From: Chlamydiae bacterium RIFCSPHIGHO2_12_FULL_49_11
GTDB lineage: Bacteria; Chlamydiota; Chlamydiia; Chlamydiales; 2-12-FULL-49-11
DNA: 40,788 nt
Assembly: GCA_001794905.1 (NCBI GenBank)
Contig: MGLW01000015.1
Span: 1 to 40,788, forward strand
Reading direction: 5' to 3'
A program made the translations under genes and the position numbers. The notes under the pieces are model-generated. The model saw only the letters and a list, made by a program, of their open reading frames with translations. It was not told the DNA's origin and made no database searches. Within the stretch, counting starts at the first letter, position 1; each line of letters starts with the position of its first letter. Positions 34,751 through 40,788 of this stretch are shown in pieces.

Positions 34751-35478
34751 TCACCTCGAGGCAAAATCAGCATATCAAGCTTCTCGAAGGGTTGCATAAA
34801 AAAAAGGAGCGTGACCGGCTCCGGCTTTTCCTTGTCGAAGGAAAAGAAGAATTGAAGCGGATTCCTCCAAACCTTATACACGAGATATACTGCCGGCCGG
34901 GTGTGACGGACAATGGGATCGAAATTGAAGAAACTCTATTTTCCACCCTCGTGTACCGGTCTACGTCAGACGTGCTTATTGTGTGCAAAACCTTTACCAT
35001 AGAACCGGCGCGTCTTGAAAAAGAAACCTTTCTCGTGGTAGTGGAAAATGTCGAAAAACCGGGCAATTTGGGAGCGCTCCTCCGCACCTGTGATGCGGCC
35101 GGCGTTGGCGGAGTGATTGCGACCGACCAGCAAACCGATCTTTTCAATCCGAATGTCGTGCGTGCCGCTCTGGGCACTCTTTTTACCGTTCCGATCGTGT
35201 GCATGAAAACCGAAGAGGCGCGTCGTTTTATCCGAGATCACCGCTTCCGTCCCATCATCACCTCGCCATCTGCCCTGCGTACCCATTACGAGGCCGATTA
35301 TACGGGAAAAATTGCCGTTGTCGTAGGAGGAGAGCATGCAGGATTATCGCCTCCCTGGATGCAAAATCGGGATGAGCTTGTTTCCATTCCGATGCAAGGC
35401 ACCGTCAATTCTCTTAACGTTAGCGTATCGCTGGGGATTATACTTTATGAAGCTTTCCGAAAAAGACATTCTCTATGA
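34747..35478 (+). CDS. TrmH/SpoU-family RNA methyltransferase
   Basis: SPOUT motifs VVENVEKPGNLGALLRTCDAAG, VVVGGEHAGLS, SLNVSVSLGIILYEA. ATGA overlap with the upstream stop. Confidence 0.85.
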   Translation: MITSRQNQHIKLLEGLHKKKERDRLRLFLVEGKEELKRIPPNLIHEIYCRPGVTDNGIEIEETLFSTLVYRSTSDVLIVCKTFTIEPARLEKETFLVVVENVEKPGNLGALLRTCDAAGVGGVIATDQQTDLFNPNVVRAALGTLFTVPIVCMKTEEARRFIRDHRFRPIITSPSALRTHYEADYTGKIAVVVGGEHAGLSPPWMQNRDELVSIPMQGTVNSLNVSVSLGIILYEAFRKRHSL

Positions 35479-36094
35479 GGATAACCACCTCCTCATTCTT
35501 TACAAAACGGGAGGCCTGCTTACGATTCCCGAGGGAAACATTACGGATTCGCTCCTGGGGAGGGGCAAAAAGTACCTGAAAGAGAAAAAACAAACATCGG
35601 GAAACGTATTTCTCTATCCTCCCCACCGCCTCGATAAACCCGTCTCCGGCATCGTGGTCTTTGCCAAGACCTCCAAGGCCCTGTCCAGGCTAAACGAACA
35701 AATCCGGGATGGAGTGTGGCAAAAAGAGTACCTTGCGCATGTCGATACCGTGCCGTCGAAAGTCAAAGGAAGACTCGTTCATTATCTCTTGCAACACAAT
35801 CATCGGGCCTATGTATATGATGCCCATAAAAGTGGGACAAAAGAAGCGGTGTTAGAGTACGAAGTGGTCGGACCGCATCTTATCCGTATCCGGCTCATAA
35901 CGGGGCGCTACCATCAAATCCGCGTACAACTCTCTGCCATCGGATCGCCCATCCGGGGGGACGCGAAGTACGGAAGCAAAACAAAGAAAGAAAAAATCGG
36001 ACTGGAACACGTGAAGCTCACCCTCTTGCATCCCGTGTCAAAAATGCCTCTAACCGTGTCTAGTCAGAAAAATATTCACGATATCGAGTTGTAG
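35447..36094 (+). CDS. RluA-family pseudouridine synthase (no S4 domain)
   Basis: ILYEDNHLLILYK, catalytic HRLDKPVSGIVVFAKT, GRYHQIRVQL. Start taken at MKLSEKD (35447). Confidence 0.82.
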   Translation: MKLSEKDILYEDNHLLILYKTGGLLTIPEGNITDSLLGRGKKYLKEKKQTSGNVFLYPPHRLDKPVSGIVVFAKTSKALSRLNEQIRDGVWQKEYLAHVDTVPSKVKGRLVHYLLQHNHRAYVYDAHKSGTKEAVLEYEVVGPHLIRIRLITGRYHQIRVQLSAIGSPIRGDAKYGSKTKKEKIGLEHVKLTLLHPVSKMPLTVSSQKNIHDIEL

Positions 36095-37462
36095 CTGTAA
36101 AACTTCGGCCTTTGCACCAAAATTGCCGGCAATAGCCTTTAAAGCGGCAAAATATTCTGTCTGTGTTGGAATATGATGAAGGGTATTTTGGATTTTTTGG
36201 CGAATGATCCCCCCAAATGTCTTCGGAACGCTGGCCGTTTCAAGGAACCTCGGAATAGTATTATGTCCGCGCGTCATATTGATGAGAATTGCAATAGCAG
36301 GTTGCCACCTTTCGGGTTCCTTCGCGCAACTAAATTCCAAGGCATAACGGTTTAATAACTCGTTGCACTCCATCTTTGCCCAATCCCGGTTCCATTCGGT
36401 GAAGGTTGCAAAGGCAGCGGGTTTTTTCAGTGGGGGAAGCATTTGGTCAATAGGATGGAGGTCCTCGGAGAACTTGAGCGAAATGTCAATCTTATATTCT
36501 TTCAAACTTGCGCATACCGAGCGGAGGATGACTTGCAAATGTAAAGGAACCGGCTTCTCCGTCCACTCCAAAGTTTGGGTATTCTCAACCAGTTTCCTGA
36601 GTTCCTGTCCCCGCTCTTCCTTGTCGTCCAGTGTCGGATCTTGTTCGATCAGATCGGCTGTAGCACAAAGTGCCGTGAGTAAATTGAGAAAGTCTCTTTT
36701 CAATGTCGACAACATTGTGACTACATGCGAATACTGCCCGGCTTCGATGGCCGGTTCCTCGTTTGATGATGAAGCAGCCGCAAGTCTGCGGTGCGGCGGC
36801 GTTCCGACTACATGCGGATTCTGCGAAGCTTCAACTTGCTGCTCGTTTGATGAGGAAGCAACCGCTTGTTCGGGAAGCGGCGGCGGCTCATTTGAGGCGG
36901 GTGTTTGTGCAATATGGCTTACTTCATGCCGGACGCATTGAAAGATATGTCCTGTAGGATCGTGCTTCTTTCCAAGAAGATCCAAAGTCCTTCCGATGAA
37001 AACGGTTCTTGGGGCTGCAAGTAAAATCCGGAAAGCGCCGCGTAGCTCTTCTTCTTTGGGATTCCAATTTTGGAGTTCCTGCATCAGCAGCAAGTGATTA
37101 TCATCTGAAGATACAGCTTGTGACAGCATTTCCATTATATTTGAAATAGGGGCGCGGGAAAAGGTGCCTTTGAGGCAACGGTCGGCAAAGGACGGCCGGT
37201 AGTTTGCCAGGTCATCATTGATTTGTTTTGCGAGTTCTCTATCGGATTGGTTTTGGAACTGGGAAAGGTGCCGGTTGATGAGAGGGATAGTTTGGGTGTC
37301 GAAAACATGAAATAGTAAGCGAAAAACCACGGCAACAAAGTGAATTATTTTTTGAAGCAGGGGAGGCGTCGCATACACAAGTTGTTGATCTACCTCATGA
37401 AGTGCATAAAGATGACCTTCTTGCAGGGCCTTTTGGATGGAAATTAAGCTCATAACAACCAT
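36050..37462 (-). CDS. Hypothetical protein (470 aa), effector-like, with an internal imperfect tandem repeat
   Basis: Long ORF with no signal peptide or TM segment. Central repeat ASSSNE(Q/E)..(E/I)..Q..HVV occurs twice with a period of about 29 aa. The 3' end overlaps the convergent rluA-like gene by 45 nt. Confidence 0.6.
   Translation of the reverse strand: MVVMSLISIQKALQEGHLYALHEVDQQLVYATPPLLQKIIHFVAVVFRLLFHVFDTQTIPLINRHLSQFQNQSDRELAKQINDDLANYRPSFADRCLKGTFSRAPISNIMEMLSQAVSSDDNHLLLMQELQNWNPKEEELRGAFRILLAAPRTVFIGRTLDLLGKKHDPTGHIFQCVRHEVSHIAQTPASNEPPPLPEQAVASSSNEQQVEASQNPHVVGTPPHRRLAAASSSNEEPAIEAGQYSHVVTMLSTLKRDFLNLLTALCATADLIEQDPTLDDKEERGQELRKLVENTQTLEWTEKPVPLHLQVILRSVCASLKEYKIDISLKFSEDLHPIDQMLPPLKKPAAFATFTEWNRDWAKMECNELLNRYALEFSCAKEPERWQPAIAILINMTRGHNTIPRFLETASVPKTFGGIIRQKIQNTLHHIPTQTEYFAALKAIAGNFGAKAEVLQLQLDIVNIFLTRHG
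36718..36866 (-). repeat. Imperfect tandem duplication of about 87 nt inside the 36050..37462 CDS
   Basis: On the plus strand, GACTACATGCGAATACTGC...CTCGTTTGATGATGAAGCAGCCGC is repeated as GACTACATGCGGATTCTGC...CTCGTTTGATGAGGAAGCAACCGC. Confidence 0.7.
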
Positions 37463-37553
37463 TATAAATAAAAAATCAATATCTAATCAAGATTGAAAAA
37501 TCGACTATAACAGGGTTTTACCTTGGATGGAGGTGGAGGGACGCGCCCAGAAC

Positions 37554-37569
37554 TTTTGACCGGTCAAAA
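37554..37569. repeat. Perfect 16-bp palindrome TTTTGACCGGTCAAAA at the left edge of the AT-rich islet
   Basis: Read directly. Lies 12 nt downstream of the ATPase stop (37581) and upstream of the 36050..37462 gene start. Confidence 0.9.
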
Positions 37570-37580
37570 ATTAGAGAGAT

Positions 37581-38840
37581 TTACAAAGACAGAAGCCATT
37601 TCCAAATAGGAGTGACTATAATTTGAATTCCATCCACTTCAATTAGGTCATGTTCGTTTTCGGTAAGGATTAAGCCCTTTTGTAGATTATAGGCCTTCAT
37701 CGCTTCAACAAGTCCACTAATTTCTCGTTTCTTTATTTCTTCATTAGAGAGATGTGCTGTCACTTGAATAGCTTCAACGATGTGATTTCCTTCTCTAAGG
37801 ACAAAATCACACTCTTTTTGATCTTTGTGAAAATAAACTTCTTTTCCCAATCTTTTTAGATGTAGAAATACAATATTTTCTAATAGACGACCTCTATCCT
37901 CGCTAATGCGAAATCCGGTAATACGAATAATTGCAGGATCGATCATATAACATTTTTTGTTATATTGAATTTGCTTTTTTAGAGAATGACTATAGCGATT
38001 TACAAAAAAACAGAGATAACATTGCTCTAAGTAGTTGCAATAATTTGCGATCGTATGCGGACTGCTGATACCTACAATTTTACCAAGTTTTGTATAGCTA
38101 AATTCTTTTCCGATATTGCTAGCAAAATAATAGACTACTTCTTGCAAAGATCTTTCATCGTTTATTTTGTAACGAGTTATAATATCACGATAGAGAATAC
38201 CATCAAATAGATCTTTCAAATATTCAGCCTTTTCGAATTTTACATATTCAGGAATTCCTCCATTATTCAGGTAATTAGAAAAGTGATGTAATATCATTCC
38301 GGTGTCATTCGTTGAAAGAGCCTTCTTAGAGAGAATATCCGGATATTTATGTAATATAATTTCTCTAAAAGAAAGTGGGTATACTTCTAGCTGAATATAT
38401 CTACCGGTTAAATGAGTGCCTAACTCTTTACTTAAGAGTTTTGCATTGGATCCTGTGATATAAATTTTTTTCCCCTGTTCATAGAGTCTTCGGATAAATC
38501 TTTCCCATCCCTCGATATTTTGAATTTCATCAAAGTAAAACGTTGATTGTTCACCAAAGAGTTCTATTAAAACTTCCAGCAGCATTTGAAAGTCTTCAAC
38601 CTTGAATTGAATCAATCGTTCATCATCAAAATTTAAATAATAGTCTGACTTTGCTAACTCTAATTGTGATATGCGTTGAATTGTAGATTTTCCTGACCTT
38701 CTGATCCCACTGATAATCATTATACTTGGATCATTTACAAAACGCATTAAAGTATCAGTTAGCGTACGAATAAAAAAATTCTTAGGAGACTTGTACTCCC
38801 GTTGATCGGCAATGACTTGTTTGAGTACTTCTCGTTCCAT
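37581..38840 (-). CDS. COG1373-type AAA ATPase with an HTH-like segment and a DUF4143 / PD-(D/E)xK-like C-terminal domain
   Basis: Walker A ISGIRRSGKST, Walker B TFYFDEIQ, HTH-like YTKLGKIVGISSPHTIANYCNYLEQ, C-terminal ECDFVL...VEAIQVT. AT-rich codon usage. Strong SD (AGAGGGAAAAATG). Confidence 0.8.
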   Translation of the reverse strand: MEREVLKQVIADQREYKSPKNFFIRTLTDTLMRFVNDPSIMIISGIRRSGKSTIQRISQLELAKSDYYLNFDDERLIQFKVEDFQMLLEVLIELFGEQSTFYFDEIQNIEGWERFIRRLYEQGKKIYITGSNAKLLSKELGTHLTGRYIQLEVYPLSFREIILHKYPDILSKKALSTNDTGMILHHFSNYLNNGGIPEYVKFEKAEYLKDLFDGILYRDIITRYKINDERSLQEVVYYFASNIGKEFSYTKLGKIVGISSPHTIANYCNYLEQCYLCFFVNRYSHSLKKQIQYNKKCYMIDPAIIRITGFRISEDRGRLLENIVFLHLKRLGKEVYFHKDQKECDFVLREGNHIVEAIQVTAHLSNEEIKKREISGLVEAMKAYNLQKGLILTENEHDLIEVDGIQIIVTPIWKWLLSL

Positions 38841-38866
38841 TTTTCCCTCTTTCAGCTTTATACTTT

Positions 38867-38894
38867 ATTATACTTTAAAACCGTGTGTTGTCAA
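38867..38894 (-). promoter_or_regulatory. Near-consensus sigma70/66-type promoter for the ATPase gene
   Basis: On the minus strand: TTGACA (38894-38889), 16-nt spacer, TATAAT (38872-38867). This is about 27 nt upstream of the ATG at 38840. The -10 lies within a perfect 10-bp tandem duplication TTATACTTTA x2 (38858-38877, plus strand). Confidence 0.6.
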
Positions 38895-38935
38895 TACATG
38901 GTTTATCAAGTAACCGTGCGTTACCAACACATGGT
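38879..38935. promoter_or_regulatory. Two direct copies (33-bp spacing) of a 24-25 bp imperfect palindrome, AACCGTG-N11-CATGGT; candidate operator pair
   Basis: Copy 1 is AACCGTGTGTTGTCAATACATGGTT (38879-38903) and contains the -35 hexamer. Copy 2 is AACCGTGCGTTACCAACACATGGT (38912-38935). 20 of 24 positions are identical. Confidence 0.6.
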
Positions 38936-39125
38936 GTACGCCAAGCATCTAGACGCAAGCAAGTTGAGTTAAAATTGAAATGAATAAAAGGCCCACTGAA
39001 CGGATACAAACCGGATTACGGTACTTGAGGAGATTGGAATATATTTTTCAAATCTTTATTTACAATGAATAAGAAAAATGTAATGGTGCTTTTACTTTTT
39101 CAAAAGAAAACTTGGAGACGTTTTT

Positions 39126-39704
39126 ATGAGGATATTTCATATTTTTGCCTTTTTGTGCACATTCGTGATATGTAAACATTGTGAAGCTGCAGGCAGATTC
39201 TCTGTGAGCAAAATGGATTTTCAGTTTCATGGCATAGAATCTTTAACAATGTTTTTAGATCAATTAGAAACGACATCTTCAGATATTATATGCATCAAGT
39301 CGCTTACGAGCGAAATGAAAGAATGCATCTTCCGCATGTTCGAGCATAAATTTCCTTTTATCTATTCAGAGTTGGTGATTCCGGAGTTGCTGATTTTATC
39401 GAAATTTGAACTCTCCAAACTCAAAATTACATGCATCTCTCCTTCTGTTCGCAATGTTGGGCTTTTCCTGCCATGTTCAAATAGTAGCGATCAAGAAGAT
39501 ACCGACAATCAAACTCATGGATATGTAGAATTTGAAGGGAAGACTTCAACCCATGGTAACACAAGCATATATGCAGGAATCGGCATTGTCAGGGAAGGAG
39601 AAGACGGTTCTAAAGCAGATTTCTCCTGCGGGGGTCAAGTGAAGCGGAATATTGAAGGAGAAGTTGAAGGGGAAGCAACACTCAAAGGAAAATTTTCCTT
39701 CTAA
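39126..39704 (+). CDS. Secreted hypothetical protein (192 aa) with a C-terminal Phe
   Basis: Signal peptide MRIFHIFAFLCTFVICKHCEAA, GGAG SD upstream, Gly/Glu-rich beta-strand-like tail ending KGKFSF. The stop TAA abuts the ATG of the next gene. Confidence 0.6.
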   Translation: MRIFHIFAFLCTFVICKHCEAAGRFSVSKMDFQFHGIESLTMFLDQLETTSSDIICIKSLTSEMKECIFRMFEHKFPFIYSELVIPELLILSKFELSKLKITCISPSVRNVGLFLPCSNSSDQEDTDNQTHGYVEFEGKTSTHGNTSIYAGIGIVREGEDGSKADFSCGGQVKRNIEGEVEGEATLKGKFSF

Positions 39705-40601
39705 ATGAATCAAGCAAAACGCATCACACTACTTGCATCACTTGTTACAATAAGTGTCATTATATTGCTGGTTTACGTGCACCAATATTTTCACAATCAA
39801 AGATTGGCGACAATTTCACTTAAAGTGTCCACTTGGCATACGCCTGTTATTGTTGTAAATCGAGAAAACAAGTCGTTCTCTTTTTTATTAGACACGGGAA
39901 TGCGTTCGGATCTTTGTTTGAATGCAACAATAGAAGATGATTTTCCAATTCAAAAAACTGATACCCAAGGATTCATAACCAATATTCTTGGTAATGCCCA
40001 TCAAAAACACTTTTTTTATTTACCCCAATTGCAGCTGGAAACTCTCGTGATTAAGAACATACAAGGATTTTCCGAGGGTGCTGAGGCTGAAGAAGCAAAT
40101 CTTCCCATGAAATTTATTTGTCAAAAGGAGCACGATCATGTGGAGCCTCAAGCCACAATAGGGATGGGAATTCTTTCTAGATACAATTTTTTTCTTGACC
40201 TACATTTGGGGGAAATCTCGTTCTTTCATAAAGGGGTTGTCCCAAAGGATATATTAAAGAGGCGGTATCTAAAAATTCCTCTTATCTTTGAAGGAAAGAT
40301 ACCCATCGTTGAGCTAGATACCAATTTCGGCAAGAAAAAATTCATTATCGATACGGGTACTACGGTCTGTATCATTCCAAAAAAAATGCAACCGGCATAC
40401 CTGAATGAGTCATCGGAAGATGTTGAGATGTTCGATATGAACCTGCGATCCGGCAATTTTCATTTGGGAAAGCATCGATTTTTTCTGTTTGATGCCGATT
40501 TTAGCAAGGTGAATGCCGATGGTCTTATTGGGATGGATTTTTTATGCAAGTACGATCTGTTTTTCGATAATATCAAGCACTACTTATATTTGACGATCTA
40601 G
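39705..40601 (+). CDS. Membrane-anchored protein with two tandem retropepsin-like (clan AA) aspartic protease domains
   Basis: N-terminal TM segment ITLLASLVTISVIILLVYV. Domain 1 has FLLDTGMRS (DTG at 39891-39899) ... ATIGMGILSRYNFFLDL. Domain 2 has FIIDTGTTV (DTG at 40350-40358) ... DGLIGMDFLCKYDLFFD. Confidence 0.75.
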   Translation: MNQAKRITLLASLVTISVIILLVYVHQYFHNQRLATISLKVSTWHTPVIVVNRENKSFSFLLDTGMRSDLCLNATIEDDFPIQKTDTQGFITNILGNAHQKHFFYLPQLQLETLVIKNIQGFSEGAEAEEANLPMKFICQKEHDHVEPQATIGMGILSRYNFFLDLHLGEISFFHKGVVPKDILKRRYLKIPLIFEGKIPIVELDTNFGKKKFIIDTGTTVCIIPKKMQPAYLNESSEDVEMFDMNLRSGNFHLGKHRFFLFDADFSKVNADGLIGMDFLCKYDLFFDNIKHYLYLTI

Positions 40602-40613
40602 AAACCGCATGCA

Positions 40614-40788
40614 CTACTTTACCAGCAGTTGATAGGCATTCCAGGCGGCGCCTCGAAGAAGTTGGTCTCCGACAATCCATAGGTTGATGCTGCAGGGGTT
40701 GCTTTTATGGAGTCGTGGCGGGCTGACCCAGACCGTTTCTTTTCCTTGCGCTTTCAACGGAGTAGGGAGGGGGTCAATCCGGAGGGAG
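40614..40788 (-). CDS. asd: Aspartate-semialdehyde dehydrogenase, C-terminal 57 codons (rest lies outside the window)
   Basis: Not in the ORF track because it is under 60 aa. My translation of the minus strand gives ...NLWIVGDQLLRGAAWNAYQLLVK*, matching the conserved Asd C-terminus (NLWVV.DNLRKGAA.NAVQIAE). The frame is open to the window edge. Confidence 0.6.
   Translation of the reverse strand, partial: SLRIDPLPTPLKAQGKETVWVSPPRLHKSNPCSINLWIVGDQLLRGAAWNAYQLLVK

Noticed and set aside
36363-36941. 192-aa plus-strand ORF inside the 36050..37462 gene
   Set aside because: It is antisense to the much longer minus-strand ORF. It is Ser/Cys-rich, and its apparent internal repeat is simply the complement of the sense-strand tandem duplication.
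40602-40613. Direct repeats or att-like duplication flanking the AT-rich islet
   Set aside because: I compared the 12-nt right junction and the 118-nt left spacer by eye and found no shared motif of 8 nt or more. The insertion mechanism therefore stays unknown and no mobile-element call is made.
1-40788. Search by eye for rRNA, tRNA, CRISPR arrays, IS elements or transposases, integrases other than xerC, and phage genes
   Set aside because: No spacer or repeat ladder, cloverleaf-like GC-rich 75-nt block in any intergenic gap, or transposase or phage motif was found. The xerC-like gene looks like the chromosomal dimer-resolution recombinase and is 8 kb from the AT-rich islet. A tRNAscan/Infernal run is still needed to exclude small RNAs.

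Overview
40.8-kb chromosomal window with 43 protein-coding genes called, two of them cut by the window edges. I recognised no rRNA, tRNA, CRISPR array, transposase or phage genes by eye. Genes are tightly packed, with many 4-nt ATGA/GTGA start-stop overlaps.

Gene content and local synteny point to an environmental member of the Chlamydiota. This is inference from memory of chlamydial gene order; no database search was run. The supporting blocks are gspE-gspF-pseudopilins, tolQ-tolR-tolA-tolB-pal, sdhCAB, nrdR-dksA-lspA, an Inc-like bilobed membrane protein, and several signal-less repeat or kinase proteins that look like effectors.

Layout:
- 1-5.5 kb: type II secretion genes followed by a secreted protein with roughly 30 MORN-like repeats.
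- 5.5-7.2 kb: internally duplicated LRR protein.
- 7.3-14.4 kb: rsmD plus a cluster of a VIT/VWA-like protein, a giant TPR protein and an Inc-like TPR protein.
- 14.5-16.8 kb: lipoprotein, MFS transporter and an orphan OmpR-type response regulator.
- 16.8-21.7 kb: tol-pal operon extended by a coiled-coil lipoprotein and murI.
- 21.7-26.0 kb: tatD and sdhCAB.
- 26.0-29.7 kb: SpoU methyltransferase, ABC-F ATPase, xerC.
- 29.75-32.3 kb: two tandem paralogous eukaryotic-like Ser/Thr kinase-like genes.
- 32.4-36.1 kb: nrdR-dksA-lspA-hyp-cinA-trmH-rluA operon.
- 36.05-37.5 kb: repeat-containing hypothetical protein.
- 37.5-40.6 kb: visibly AT-rich three-gene islet.
- 40.6 kb to end: 3' end of asd.

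The best candidate for something undescribed is the AT-rich islet. It holds a COG1373-type AAA ATPase with an HTH-like segment and a degenerate nuclease-like tail. That gene is driven by a near-consensus promoter overlapped by paired 24-bp palindromic repeats. Diverging from it is an operon for a secreted protein and a membrane-anchored protein carrying two retropepsin-like DTG domains. The kinase pair, the duplicated LRR protein and the Inc-like/TPR/VWA cluster are secondary candidates.
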